A DNA stretch of 64,000 nucleotides from Malacoraja senta (Eukaryota), in assembly GCA_038087875.1 (NCBI GenBank), contig CM075992.1, positions 2,792,001 to 2,856,000 on the forward strand. Reading direction: 5' to 3'. The stretch's first letter is position 1. The number at the start of each line of letters is the position of its first letter. The notes below the pieces were generated by a model that saw nothing but the letters and a program-made list of their open reading frames with translations, did not search any database and had not been told where the DNA came from. The position numbers and the translations under genes are program-made. This document shows, piece after piece, positions 1 through 12,775 of this stretch.

Positions 1-137
1 AACACTGGAAACATTCGACGGTAAGACACGTGCCCAGCTTGGAGGATATTTAGTTTAGTTTGGTCTGGTTTAGTTGAGTTGAGTTGAGTTGATTTTGGTA
101 CCATTTCAGGTTTGGTTCCTTCTGCACCACAATTAGT

Positions 138-165
138 CTGAAGAAGGGTCCCGACCCGAAATGTC
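138..165 (+). ncRNA. Minimal type-I hammerhead ribozyme motif in a PLE tail
   Basis: CTGAAGA-A-GGGT(CCCG)ACCC-GAAA-TGTC. Confidence 0.55.
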
Positions 166-421
166 CCCATCCATATTCTCCAGAGATGCTGCCTGGCCCG
201 CTGAGTTACTACAACAATTTGTGTCTTTTTAAAAAATCATTGCATACATGAGGACAATAGGTAACGCAGATAGAGAAACAGGACAGAATATTCACCTATC
301 CATGTTACAGCTGTAGAGAAAGTGCAGATGTAAAAACTGCAAGGGCCACAACGAGGTAGGTTGGGAGATTGGGAATACGTACATCCACCCAAGAGAGTAA
401 GTGGGGACTTACTTCAGCAGT

Positions 422-449
422 CTGAAGAAGGGATCTGAGCCGAAACGTC
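422..449 (+). ncRNA. Minimal hammerhead motif, degenerate stem II
   Basis: CTGAAGA-A-GGGATCTGAGCC-GAAA-CGTC. Confidence 0.45.
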
Positions 450-685
450 ACCCGTCCTTTTTCTCCAGAGATCCTGCCTGACCCGCTGAATTACTCCAGT
501 ACTCTGTCTCAATCTCAGCGTAAATGTGGCTTCTCTTTAATGCTATGTGTGAAAAATTATACCGGTGACAGTATGCATTCCTTCAGTACTGCCCTTTAGT
601 GATAGTCTGTACTTCTATGTGAAAGTCTCCACTGTGGGACTTTGACACCAACCTCCTGCTAAGAGACGAGAGTCTGAAGCTAACA

Positions 686-1250
686 GAGTCACAGAGTCAT
701 ACAGCGTGGAAACAGGCCCTTCGGCCCAACTTGCCCACACTGGCCAACATGTCCCAGCTACACTAGTCCCACCTATCTGCGTTTGGCCCATATCCCTCTA
801 AACCTGTCCTATCCATGTACCTGTCTAAATGTTTCTTAAATGATGTGATAGTCCCTGCCTCAACTACCTCCTCTGGCAACTCATTCCATACACCCACCAC
901 CCTTGGCATTAAAAAGTTATCCCCCAGATTACAATTCAATCTTTTTCCCCTTCACCTTCAACCTATATCCTCTGGTTCTTGATTCCCCTACTCTGGGCAA
1001 GAGACTCTGTGCGTGTACCCAATCTATTCCTCTCATGATTTAATACACCTTTATTAGATCCCCCCTCATCCTCCTCTGCTCCAAGGAATAGAGTCCTAGC
1101 CTGCTCAAACTCTTCCTAGAGCTCAGACCCTCGAGATCTGGCAACATCCTCGTAAATCTTCTCTGCACCCTTTCCAGCTTGACACCATCTTTCCTATAAC
1201 ATGGTGCCCAAAACTGAACACAATACTCTAAATGTGGCTTCACGAACGTC
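686..1250 (-). mobile_element. CR1/HER1-like LINE 3' fragment
   Basis: PHLEYCVQFWAP..RKD...[15 protein letters not shown]1 ORF2 C-terminus plus tail. Confidence 0.9.
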
Positions 1251-1253
1251 TTA

Positions 1254-1549
1254 GGCACGGTGGCGCAGCGGTAGAGCTACTGTCTTACAGCGCCAGAAAC
1301 CCGGCTTGGATCCTGACTATGTGGTGCTGTCTGTACAGAGTTTGTACGTTCTCTCTGTGACTGCGTGGGTTTTCACCGAGATTTTCGCTTTTCACCCACT
1401 CTCCAAAGATGTACAGGTTTGGAGGTTAATTGCCTTGGTATAATTGTAAATTGTCCCTAGTGTGTGTAGGATAGTGTTAATGTGCGGGGATCGGTGTGGA
1501 CTCGGCGGGCCGAACGGCCTGTTTCCGCGCCGTATCTCTAAACTAAACT
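1254..1549 (+). mobile_element. tRNA-derived SINE (HE1/V-SINE type)
   Basis: GGCACGGTGGCGCAGCGGTAGAG A box, B-box-like region, V-domain core, CR1-like tail ending (AAACT)n. Confidence 0.85.
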
Positions 1550-1791
1550 GTAGTTTCTGAGTCATTCGTAACTGTCACTGTATGTCATGTTGTTACTTGT
1601 GGGTGGAGCACCAAGGCAAATTCCTTGTATGTGAATACTTGGCCAATAAACTTACTTACTTACTTACTTAAAAGACTTCATGCTTCTATGTCAGAGTTCT
1701 GACTGCCTTATACCCCAACACCAAGCCAACTCAAGGCTATTTAAATAAAATGATCCCTTTACCTGAACTTCCCAACCTTCGTTTTTTGCAG

Positions 1792-1950
1792 TTCCTGGAC
1801 ATTGGGGAATCGTTAACCATCGTGGACGAATTCTCGGAGACGGAGCGACTGACTGGGGTCTGGTGGCGGCAGCTCTTGTCAGGGGCCATTGCGGGCGCAG
1901 TGTCACGCACCTGCACTGCCCCACTAGACCGGCTGAAGATCTACATGCAG
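1792..1950 (+). CDS. SLC25A23: SCaMC-type mitochondrial ATP-Mg/Pi carrier, internal exon (first in window; upstream exons lie outside the window)
   Basis: ttgcAG|TTCCTG...ATGCAG|GTgagg, 159 nt; [53 protein letters not shown] with carrier signature PLDRLK. Paralog assigned from adjacency to KHSRP and the C-terminus. Confidence 0.9.
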
Positions 1951-2064
1951 GTGAGGTGGGCTCAGCCAGAGACAGGGAGGTCCCCTGGGTGACCTGCAGG
2001 GGGCAGTGTGACCACCACTGGAGGTGTTGACCTACAGGTATGACCCACAGATGGTGATCTGGAA

Positions 2065-2530
2065 CCATAAGCGATAGGAGCAGAATTAGGCCATTCAGCC
2101 CATCAAGTCTACTCCGCCATTCAATCATGGCTGATCTATCTCTCCCTCCTAACCCCATTCTCCCGACACCTGTACTAATCAAAAATCTATCTATTCTGTC
2201 TTAAAAATATCCACTGGCTTGGCCTCTACAGCCTTCTGTGGCAAAGAATTCCACAGATTCACCACCCTGACTAAATAAATTTCTCCTCATCTCCTTCCTA
2301 AAAGAACGTCCTTTAATTCTGATGCTCTGACCTCTAGTCCTAGACTCTCCCTCGAGTGGAAACATCCTCTCCACATCCACTCTTTCACTAGTCTGTATGT
2401 TTCAATGAGATCCCCCCTCATTCTTCTAAGTGCAGGTGCAGGTGCAGTGCCGACAAACGCTCATCGTAGGTTAACCGACTCAATCCTGGGATCATTCTTG
2501 TAAACCTCCTCTGGACCCGGACCCTCTCCA
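2065..2530 (-). mobile_element. CR1-like LINE 3' fragment
   Basis: CR1 3' UTR (GGCCGAATGGCCTAATTCTGCTCC-type) and ORF2 end. Confidence 0.8.
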
Positions 2531-2624
2531 GAGCCAACGCAACCTTTGGTGCACTGGCTCCCGAGGAGTGCAAGGCTCCGCTAGACTGGGTGAGGACGAG
2601 TTCACTCTCTCTTCTCTCTTCCAG

Positions 2625-2774
2625 GTCTTTGCGGCAAAGAGGAGTTTGAACCTGGCCGGGGTTTGGAAGATGATGGTAGCGGAGGGAGGGTATCTGTCCC
2701 TGTGGCGAGGAAACGGGGTGAATGTGCTGAAAATCACCCCAGAGACTGGCATCAAGTTCATGGCTTATGAACAG
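2625..2774 (+). CDS. SLC25A23: SCaMC carrier exon
   Basis: ttccAG|GTCTTT...GAACAG|GTactg, 150 nt; [50 protein letters not shown]. Confidence 0.9.
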
Positions 2775-3459
2775 GTACTGACGGGGTTGAGAGGGTGATG
2801 GCTTTGGAGAGGAAGGGGAAAGGGTTTAGCTTAGTTTAGTTCAGTTTAGTTTTATGCTTTCAAGAGAGAGTTAGATAGGGCTCTTAAAGATAGCGGAGTC
2901 AGGGGATATGGGGAGAAGGCAGGAACGGGGTACTGATTGTGGATGATCAGCCATGATCATATTGAATGGCGGTGCTGGCTCGAAGGGCCGAATGGCCTAC
3001 TCCTGCACCTATTGCCTATTGTTGTCACATTTACCTTTGATTGGGTGCTACCTGGCATGACAAAACTACACATAAAGATACAACATTTTGTGCAAAAAAG
3101 TCTGATTAAAGATAATTCAAACTTTCCAATCAGGTAGATGGGAGGTCAGGACCACACTCTAGTTGATGAAACTTGTTCATCTCGCATCTGTCATTGAGAT
3201 GTTCATCTCGCATCTGTCATTGAAACTCAAGCTGTTCAGTTGCCTGATAACAGCTGGGAAGAAACTATTCCTATTCCAAATGGAGGTGTTCATTTTCAAA
3301 CTTCTGTACCTCTTGCCTGATAGGGGAGGGGAGAAGATGGTGTGACCCGGGTGAGACTAGTACTTGATTACGCTGCTGGCCTTGCCGAGGCAGCGTGAGG
3401 TCTAGATGGAATCAATGGAAGGGAGGTTGGTTTGCGTGATGGTCTGGGCTGCGTCCAGG

Positions 3460-3935
3460 CATGGAATCTGAGGAAAGACGTTCTTGCAATAGAGGGAGTA
3501 CAGAGAAGGTTCACCAGACTGATTCCTGGGATGGCAGGACTTTCATATGAAGAAAGACTGGATAGACTCGGCTTGTACTCGCTAGAATTTAGAAGATTGA
3601 GGGGGGATCTTATAGAAACGTACAAAATTCTTAAGGGGTTGGACAGGTTAGATGCAAGAAGATTGTTCCCGATGTTGGGGAAGTCCAGAACCAGGGGTCA
3701 CAGTTTAAGGATAAGGGGGAAGTCTTTTAGGACCGAGATGATACATTTTTTTTTCACACAGAGAGCAGTGAATCTGTGGAATTCTCTGCCACAGAAAGTA
3801 GTTGAGGCCAGTTCATTGGCTATATTTAAGTGGGAGTTAGATGTGGCCCTTGTGCCTAAGGGATCAGAAGGTATGGAGAGAAGGCAGGTACAGGATACTG
3901 AGTTGGATTGCACCTATTTTCTATGTTTCTATGGA
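3460..3935 (+). mobile_element. CR1-like LINE 3' fragment
   Basis: RKDVLAIEGVQRRFTRLIPG...RGDLIETYKIL...TRGHSL...FFTQRAVNLWNSLP. Confidence 0.9.
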
Positions 3936-4182
3936 ATAGGAGTGAATGTGTGTTCAATGCTCCCAGCAGCTCTGGCTGGCATGTCAAAGGTCTTTGAGAA
4001 GGAAGCCTATACTGATCTAACAGGGCGGCACAGGAGGCAGCTCGGCCCATCCCAGCTGTGCTGGCCCTCTGAAATAGCTCTCCAATAGGTCTCCCTGCTC
4101 TTCTACTCGTATTCCCAGTGAGTGAATTTTTCTCAAGTGGCGCCATGTGGATAACCTGCATCTTTGTCACAACTTTAAACAG

Positions 4183-4290
4183 TACAAGAAGATCTTCCTG
4201 GTCCACAAGTCCACACTGGAAGTGCACGAGCGTTTTGTGGCGGGATCTCTCGCTGGTGTCACCAGCCAGACGATCATCTTTCCAATGGAG
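4183..4290 (+). CDS. SLC25A23: SCaMC carrier exon
   Basis: aaacAG|TACAAG...ATGGAG|GTaagc, 108 nt; YKKIFLVHKSTLEVHERFVAGSLAGVTSQTIIFPME. Confidence 0.9.
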
Positions 4291-4319
4291 GTAAGCACGT
4301 TCCAGGGTTCCAAGCTCTG

Positions 4320-4603
4320 CGCAATGTCGCAATGGTAGAGCTGCTGCCTTACAGCGCCAGAGACCCGGGTTCCATCCAGACTATGGGTGCTGTTGGTACG
4401 TTCTCCCTGTGACCGTGTGGGCTATCTCCGGGTGCTCCGGTTTCCTCCCACAGTCCAAAGATGTACAGGTTTGTAGGTTAATTGGCTTTGGTAAAATTGT
4501 AAATTATGCCTATTGTGTGTTGGATAGTACTAGTGTACTAATCGCTGGTTGGCGCAGGCTGAAGGGCCTGTTTCTGCTCTAAAGTACCTCTAAAGTCTAA
4601 AGT
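4320..4603 (+). mobile_element. HE1/V-type SINE
   Basis: Same consensus as 1254-1549. Confidence 0.8.
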
Positions 4604-4744
4604 AAGGCCTAAAGCTATTGTGCTGCCTCAATGATCTGTTCTTTCGTCATATCGTTGTTTTGGGATCTTTCTGGCCATGATTTGGCTGCTGTGTAAGTAA
4701 TGCGTTGGTTAAGAATAACATTAGAACACCTCAAGGTGGTGATA

Positions 4745-5037
4745 AGTTTAGTTTAGAGATACAGCGCGGAAATAGGCCCTTTGGCCCACAGAGCCCGCAC
4801 CGATCCATTAACACGACCCTATACACTCTAGGGACAATTTACATTTATACCAAGACAATTAAACAACAAACCTGTACGTCTTTGGAGTGTGGGAGGAAAC
4901 AGATGAACTCAGAGAAAACCCACGCAAGTCACGGAGAGAACATACCAACTCCATACAGACAAGCTTCCATAGTCAGGATTGAATCCGCGTCTCTGGCGCT
5001 GTAAGGCAGTCACTCTACCGCTGCGCCACCGTGCCGA
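4745..5037 (-). mobile_element. HE1/V-type SINE
   Basis: Reverse complement of the SINE consensus. Confidence 0.8.
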
Positions 5038-5088
5038 CCTCAAGTGTGACAGAAAAGCATGTCTGAATGAGCTCACTCTTGAACCCTG

Positions 5089-5305
5089 GATAGACACAAA
5101 AAGCTGGAGTAACTCAGCGGGACAGGCAACATCTCTGGAGAGAAGGAATGGGTGACGTTTCGGGTCGCGACCCTGGAGAAGTCTGAAGAAGGGTCTCGAC
5201 CAGAAACGTCACCCATTCCTTCTCTCCACAGATGCTGCCTGTCCCGCCGAGTTACTCCAGCATTTTGTGTCCATCTGCGGTTTAAACCACCATCTGCAGT
5301 TCCTA
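5089..5305. mobile_element. Inverted pair of PLE tails forming a hairpin
   Basis: Arms 5089-5174 and 5190-5275 are near-perfect reverse complements. Confidence 0.8.
5183..5210 (+). ncRNA. Minimal hammerhead motif inside an inverted-repeat element
   Basis: CTGAAGA-A-GGGT(CTCG)ACCA-GAAA-CGTC. Confidence 0.55.
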
Positions 5306-5374
5306 CCTCCACACTCTTCAACCGTGTTTCCTCAACATACCGAGGTTCTCGCTTACAACTGTTTGCTTGCTTAG

Positions 5375-5542
5375 GTGCTGAAGATCCGGATGGGGCTGGG
5401 AAAGAGCGGCCAGTACATGGGAATCTTCCACTGCGCCCAAAACATGCTGAGGAATGAAGGCCCTCGCGCATTTTTCAAAGGCTATGTCCCAAATACCATT
5501 GGCATCATTCCTTACGCTGGGATCGATCTGGCTGTCTATGAA
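5375..5542 (+). CDS. SLC25A23: SCaMC carrier exon
   Basis: gcttAG|GTGCTG...TATGAA|GTaagt, 168 nt; [56 protein letters not shown]. Confidence 0.92.
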
Positions 5543-5971
5543 GTAAGTCTGACACAAAAATGAAATATCCCGACTGTTTAGCTTAGAGATACAGTGTCCC
5601 TCGGCCCATCGAGTCCATGCTGACCAGTGTTCATCGGGTCAGGCAGCATCTCTGGAGAACGTGGAAAGGTGACATTTCGGTTTGGGACCCTTCTTAGAAA
5701 AAAAGCCCTTCGGTCCACAATATTAGTGCTGAACATGATGCCAAGTTAAACTGATCTCATCTGTCTGTAGATGATCCATATCCTTCTATTCCTTGTGCTC
5801 CTACGTGCCTATCTAAAAGCATCTTTAATCCACTTTCATTTCTGCCTCCACCACCACCCCAGGCAATGCGTTCCAGGCCCCCACAACTCTCTGTGTAAAA
5901 CACTTGCCCCGCACTTCCCCCCCAAAACTTTCAAACCTTTCCCCTCTCACCTTATAGCTATCAATTCCAGT

Positions 5972-6205
5972 GTCTGTGTGCTTGTGTGTGTGTGTATGTA
6001 TGCTTGTGTCACGCACACACACACAGACACACACACACACACACAGAGACGCGCACACACACAGACATGCACACACACACAGACATGCACACACACACAC
6101 ACACAGAGACACACACACACAGACATGCACACACACACACACACACACAGAGACACACACAGACGCACACAGACATACACACAGAGACACACACAGACGC
6201 ACACA

Positions 6206-6247
<42 letters not shown>

Positions 6248-6540
6248 AAGGCACACACAGATGCACACAGACACACACAGACACACACACAGACACAGAC
6301 AGAGACACACACGGATGCACACAGCCACACACATGCACACACAGACAGAGACACACACAGATGCACAGACACACACACACACACACAGCACACACACACA
6401 GACGCACACAGACACAGACGCACACAGACACACAGACAGACAGAGACACACACGAACGCACACTGACACACACACAGACATGCACACACACTGTGTTTGT
6501 GTGGTGTGTACGTGTATGTGTTTGCGTATGTGTGTGTATA
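5972..6540. repeat. Compound (CA)n/(TG)n microsatellite
   Basis: CA repeats interrupted by GA/CG, with TG runs on both flanks. Confidence 0.97.
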
Positions 6541-6829
6541 TCTGGCTTCCTGTATTTGAATGCTACATAACATTTCCTGTCTGTGCAGCTGTGTGCTATA
6601 TTTGTGTGTCATCATTCATTCATTCATTATCTTAATGTGCGTCCACGGATACTTGCCATAGACACCTGGATACTGGAGCAAATCACACAGTCCAGATTTT
6701 GAACGGTTGTGTCTGGCTGCAGAATAGAAACAAGGAACTGCAGATGCTGGTTAATACACAAAAGGACAGAAAGTGCTGGAGTAACTCAGGTCAGGCAGCA
6801 TCACTGGAGAACATGAATAGGTGACTTCC

Positions 6830-7125
6830 GACTTTAGAGATACAGTATGTTGCAGAAACAGGCCCTTGGACCCACCGAGTCTGTGCTGACCAGTGATCAC
6901 CCTGCACACTAGCGCTATCCCACACACTTTAACAATTATACTAAAGTCAATTAACCTACAAACCTGTCCATCTTTGGAGTGTTGGAGAAAACTGGAGCGC
7001 CCGGAGAAAACGCACGGTGGTCACGGGGAGAAGGTACAAACTCCGTACAGACAAGCACCCGTAGTCAGGATTCAACCCGGGTCTCTGGCGCTGTAAGGCA
7101 GCAACTCTACCGCTGTGCCACCGTG
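6830..7125 (-). mobile_element. HE1/V-type SINE
   Basis: Reverse complement of the SINE consensus. Confidence 0.8.
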
Positions 7126-7429
7126 CAGCCACTCTCACCTTCATTTCAGGTCGAGACCCTCCTTCAGACCTATCCACGTTCTCCAGAGATGCTGTCGGAC
7201 TCTTTCTGTAGAGTGTCCCATAAAATCTTCCTGTGTCCGCCTGTGCTTTGTGTTTGGGGTGCTGATTTGTGATGGGATGCAGGAGGTAGCGGGAACAGAA
7301 GCCCAGTTTCCTAGTTTGACCAGACATTCCTCAGTGATGCCAAACAATCCCCATTGTCTGAAGAATGGGCCCTGACCCGTAACGTCACCTGTCCTCCACA
7401 GATGCTGCCTGACCCACTGAGTTTACCTT

Positions 7430-8130
7430 CGTTTTTAGTTTAGTTTAAAGATACAGCGCGGAAGCAGGGCCTTCAGTCCAGCGAGTCCACACCGACCAGT
7501 GATCCCCGTACATTAACACTACCCTACACACACCAGGGACAATTTACATTTATAGGAAAGCCAATTAGCTTACAAACCTGTATGTCTTTGGAGTGTGGCA
7601 GGAAACCGAAGATCTCAGAGAAAACCCGCGCAGGTCACGGTGAGAACGTCCAAACTCCATACAGACAGCGCCCCTGTTCAGGATCGAACCCGGGTCTCTG
7701 GTGCTGTCTTCTTCTTGTAAATGAAACATAAACCAAAGGAATAGTTAGATCTCGCCGGGCGTTGAGCAGCCAGGTTGTTGTCTCTGTTGGCGTCAATGTC
7801 TGCCAGGCCCTGAGCTCCATTTGGTGGGTGGTAGAGCGGGCACCCAGAGATGACATGGTTGGCTGTCTGTAGTTCTGCTCCGCATTCACAGGCTGGGCTC
7901 TGGCGGAGCCCCCATCTCCACACGCTGGCATTGAAACGCCCAACTCCAGTACCAAGTCTGTTGAGCTTCACCCATGCTCCTCTGGGGAGGTCAGACCCTG
8001 GACAGCTTTTATCTGGTGAAGAGATGTAGCTGCGTAATGGAGAAGAGGTTGCCTTCCACTCCTGTGACCACTTGGTGGCTATCCAGTGTGCTTTTGATGC
8101 TGTAAGGCAGCAGCTCTACCGCTGTTCCAC
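7430..8130 (-). mobile_element. HE1/V-type SINE interrupted by the Vingi-like fragment
   Basis: SINE halves at 7430-7707 and 8098-8130. Confidence 0.8.
7708..8097 (-). mobile_element. Vingi/Ingi-like (I-group) LINE 3' fragment inserted in a SINE
   Basis: WVKLNRLGTGVGRF...WG...SPACECGAELQTANHVISGCP zinc-knuckle C-terminus; (AAG)n tail; TGCTGT duplicated at 7702-7707 and 8098-8103. Confidence 0.7.
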
Positions 8131-8227
8131 CTTGCTGTTCCTCCGGCGGCTTGTGTTTTACTCACGACTTTAGCGTCCGCGTTTCCTCGGGACTCCACTT
8201 TAACATTTTTCTTTCATTCAATGGCAG

Positions 8228-8378
8228 AGCGTGAAGAATATGTATTTGCAAAAGTACGGACAGGAGAGAACCGACCCAGGAGTCTTTGTCCTTCTCGGCT
8301 GCGGCACCTTCTCCAGTACCTGCGGTCAACTGGCAAGCTACCCGCTGGCACTCATTCGCACCAGGATGCAAGCTCAAG
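8228..8378 (+). CDS. SLC25A23: SCaMC carrier exon
   Basis: tggcAG|AGCGTG...CTCAAG|GTgtgg, 151 nt; [50 protein letters not shown]. Confidence 0.9.
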
Positions 8379-8414
8379 GTGTGGCGAGCTCGGACCGACC
8401 AGTGATCACCCAGT

Positions 8415-8795
8415 AACCATATAACCATATAACAATTACAGCACGGAAACAGGCCATCTCGGCCCTTCTAGTCCGTGCCGAACACTTACTCTCACCTAGT
8501 CCCATCTACCTGCACTCAGACCATAACCCTCCATTCCTTTCCCGTCCATGTACCTATCCAATTTATTTTTAAATGATAAAATCGAACCTGCCTCCACCAC
8601 TTCCACTGGAAGCTCATTCCACACAGCTACCACTCTCTGAGTAAAGAAGTTCCCCCTCATGTTACCCCTAAACTTTTGTCCCTTAATTCTCAAATCATGT
8701 CCTCTTGTTTGAATCTTCCCTACTCTCAATGGGAAAAGCTTATCCACGTCAACTCTGTCTATCCCTCTCATAATTTTAAAGACCTCTATCAAGTC
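8415..8795 (-). mobile_element. CR1-like LINE 3' fragment, apparently young
   Basis: Open ORF2 end IEVFKIMRGIDRVD...FFTQRVVAVWNELP with short tandem tail. Confidence 0.85.
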
Positions 8796-8857
8796 GCCCC
8801 CTGTAAACTACAGTAAACTCAAGTAAACTGGCACGATCCCGCACTCTTTTACAATTG

Positions 8858-8895
<38 letters not shown>

Positions 8896-9089
8896 GTGTG
8901 CGTGTGTGAGACACACAAGCGTACACAAACACACAGACACTAGAATATATAGCTATAAGGTAAGAGGGGGAAGGTAGGAAAGTTTAATGGAGATGTGCGG
9001 GGCAACTTTTTTACACAGAGAGTGGTGGCGGCAGATTCACACATCATCACCACCACGGTTTGCTGGGGGCGCGGAATCAAGGATCCAGG

Positions 9090-10925
9090 TCATAGAGTCA
9101 TAGAATCATACAGTGTGGAAACAGGCACTTCAGCCCAACTTGCCCAAACAGGCCAACATATCCCAGCCCCACTTGCCTGCATTTGCCCCATATCCCTCCA
9201 AACCTGTCCTATCCATGTACCTGTCTAACTGTTTCTTCAACGTTGGGATAGTCCCTGCCTCAACTACCTCCTCTGGCAACTTGTTTCATACACCTACAAC
9301 CCTTTATGTGAAAAAGTTACCCTTCAGATTCCTATTAAATCTTTTCCCCTTCACCTTAAACCTATGTCTTCTGGTCCTCGATTCACCTACTCTGGGCAAG
9401 AGACTCTGTGCATCTACGCAATCTCTTCCTCAATAAACACCTCAATAAGATCACCCCATTCTCCTGCGCTCCAAGGACTAGAGACCCAGCCTACTCAACC
9501 ACACGCTATAGCTCAGTCCTGGCAACATCCTCGTAAATCTTCTCTGTACCCTTTCCAGCTTGACAACATCTTTCCTATAACATGGTGAACTGAACTGAAC
9601 ACAATCCCTGACCACAATGTCCGTAATCCTTGATACCAGCAAGTGAGGAACTGAAACCCGAGAGATGGGGAGACTTCTCGCACCAGGGACCTCGGCTATT
9701 GAGTGTGGAAGTTGGAATGTTGTTGAGTTGTACAAGACCTTTTCATACAGAGGGTGGAGGGTGTATGGAACGAGCTACCAGAGGAAGTAGTTGAAGCAGG
9801 TATGATCACACTATTTAAAAGACATTTAGGCAGGTACATGGATAAGAAAGGTTTAGATGACTATGGGCCAAATGTGGGCAGATGGGACTCATGTAGATAG
9901 GGCATCTTGTTCGGCATGGGCAATGTGTATCGAAGGTCCTGTTTCCATGCTGTATGACCATAACTTTAAGGCGTTGGTGAGGCTGCATTACGAGTCACTT
10001 TTGGTCATCGTGCTGCAGGAATGGTGTTGTTAAGCTGGAAAGCGTGCAGAGATTTCCTCAGAAGGGTCTCGACCCGAAGCGTCATCCATTCCTTCCCACA
10101 GAGATCCGCTGAGTTGCTCCAGCATTTTGTGTCTACCTTCGATTTTAACCTGCATCCGCAGTTCTTTCTTACACAGAGATTTAAGAGGATGTTGCCAGGA
10201 CTTGAGCGGCTGAGCTATAGCGAGAGGTTGGGGCAGATTTGGACTTTATTACATGGAGTGCAAGAGGATGAGGGGTGATCTTATAAAGATGTATGAAATC
10301 GTGAGGGGAATAGATAGGGTGAATGCAGATTCTTTTACCCAGAGAAGGGGAATCAAGAACCAGAGGAGATATGTTTAAGGTGAGAGGGGAAAGATTTAAC
10401 AGGAATCTGAGGGTAACTTATTCACACAGAGAGAGGGTGGTGGGTGTATGTAACGAGCTGCTAGAGGTGGTAGTTGATTCAAGAGAGTTTATTGTCATGT
10501 GTCCCAGATAGGACAATGAAATTCTTACTTTGCTTCAGCACAACAGAATATAGAAGGCATGAATACAGAACAGATCAGTGTGTCCGTATACCATTGTATA
10601 AATATATACACACATGAATAAATAAAACAGATAAAGTGCAAAGATAATGGGCTATTAATGTTCAGAGTTTTGGTTGAGTTGAGTTCAATAGCCTGATGGC
10701 TGTGGGGAAGAGGCTGTTTCTGAACCTGGACGTTGCAGTCTTCAGGCTTCTGTACCTTCTACCTGCAGGTTGCAACAACATTTAAAAGATATTTAGACTG
10801 GTACATGAATAGAAAAGCTTTAGAGGGATATGGGCCAGATGTGGGCAGGTGGGACGAGTGTAGATGGGGCATCTTGGAGGGCATGGGCAAGTTGGGCCTG
10901 TTTCCGTGCTGCATGGCTACCTATC
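9090..10925. mobile_element. Cluster of CR1, Rex/Babar-like and PLE-tail fragments
   Basis: Several CR1 ORF2-end segments on both strands, interrupted by other repeats. Confidence 0.75.
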
Positions 10926-11142
10926 ATCATAGACAGATAGCCGCCTTCTTCTTTGACCGTCCTTTGGGTTTGACAATGAATTCTTCTGCTGCGGTTTTGT
11001 AGGCTCTGAGGTGGCTAATAAAGCCAATGTGGGAACCACAGAGGTTTGCATAGATGGGGGAGGTATGAAGAGATAGGCAGGTGGACAGACTGGGAGGTGG
11101 GGCACTACTCTGCCACCCACAACATGACTGGCATCCAGGAGG

Positions 11143-11441
11143 TGGGCGGCACGGTGGCGCAGTGGTAGAGTTGCTGCCTCATCGCGCCAGAGACCCGAGT
11201 TCGATCCTGACCTCGGGTGCTGTCTGTATGGAGTTTGTACGTTCTCCCTGTGCTTGTGTGGGTTTTTTTCCGGGTGTTTTGGTTTCCTCCCACACTCCAA
11301 AGATGTACAGGTTTGTAGGCTAATTGGCTTTGGTAAAATTGCAAAATGTCCCTAGTGTGTAGGATAGTGCTAGTGTACAGGGTGACTGATGGCTGGTGCA
11401 GACTTGGTGGGCCGAAGGGCCAGTTTCTGCGCTGTATCTCT
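11143..11441 (+). mobile_element. HE1/V-type SINE
   Basis: Clear A box and B box GAGTTCGATCC. Confidence 0.85.
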
Positions 11442-11497
11442 CCGAGGTCAGAGACTGGCGGTGCCCGGGGGTCAGAGTTACATGCTGCGGATACTGA

Positions 11498-11707
<210 letters not shown>

Positions 11708-12504
11708 CCGGTCCCCGGGAATCGTTCGTTCTTGGAGCATCTCCTGACAAACAAGGGAACCACATCTTAAGGAAATCGGTGACCCCAGCAGAGAGCTGAG
11801 GAATAACGCACTCTTCGACCCTCCGTGGTCAACACCAGGATTGGGGTTGGGATCCGCTTACCAGTCTGTTTCGGGTCTGTGAAGTGGCCTCAGCTCTGCT
11901 CAGAGTATTCCTGCAAGATGTGGGTAAGGCAGCCTCCCAATCCTGTCCCCAGAGAGTCACATTGCAAGGGGGGGAATGCATTAAGTTGTTGCCACTAAAG
12001 ACTCGCCCTGGCAAAGATTAAAGCAACGAGGATGGATTGACAATGGGATACTGATCATGCATCCTTTATGATACAGATGGTTTCCAACATTGCATGTTTC
12101 TACTTTACTTGGATAGCTTGCTAATGCATGAGATATCTGCTACTGAATGTAATGTCAAAACACTGTATGTACATAATAATAGTGTTAATAATTTAGTCAA
12201 TGCATTTGCTCTGAATCTCACGGTGCTCCATCCTGAGTCTGTGGGACTGCAGAGTTGGTACAAATCACTTCTTGCAAGCCCATATTTTGTAACCTCTTTG
12301 CGATTCTCCCACTTGTCCAAGATTCCACATTTCTGTCTTGAAATTTTTGCGACTAGTTTGGAGTGAGATGGTGCCTTTGCTGAAACCACATCAATCCAAC
12401 ACACAATCAAATGGCAGTCAACAAGGAGCTGGTGGTAGCCATTGCAGGTGAAGTGCAGAACCCTGTTGAACGGCCACCAAGTCTACGCTTGGTTCCTCCA
12501 TTGT

Positions 12505-12775
12505 AGAAAAGGTAGAATTGCTGCCTTATAGCGCCAGAGACCTGGGTTCGATCCTGACAATGGGTGCTGTCTGTATGGAGTTTGTACATTCTCCCGCATG
12601 GGTTTTCCCTGGGTGCTCAGGTTTCCTCCCACACTCCAAAGACATCCAGGTTTGTAGGTTAATTGGCTTTTGTAAATTGTCCCTAGTATGTAGGATAGAA
12701 TTAGTGTATGGGTAATTATTGGTCGGCATGGACTCGATGGGCCAAAAGGCCTGTTGCCATGCTGTCTCTCTAAAT
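12505..12775 (+). mobile_element. HE1/V-type SINE
   Basis: B box GGGTTCGATCC and V domain. Confidence 0.8.

Noticed and set aside
1254..1330. tRNA-like sequences with A and B boxes
   Set aside because: They are SINE heads continuing into V-domain and LINE-derived tails; no complete cloverleaf.
3174..3223. 24-bp direct duplication TGTTCATCTCGCATCTGTCATTGA
   Set aside because: Local tandem duplication within a LINE remnant; two copies only, not CRISPR-like.
5771..6635. Long overlapping ORFs rich in HT/CV
   Set aside because: Translation of a (CA)n microsatellite; not coding.
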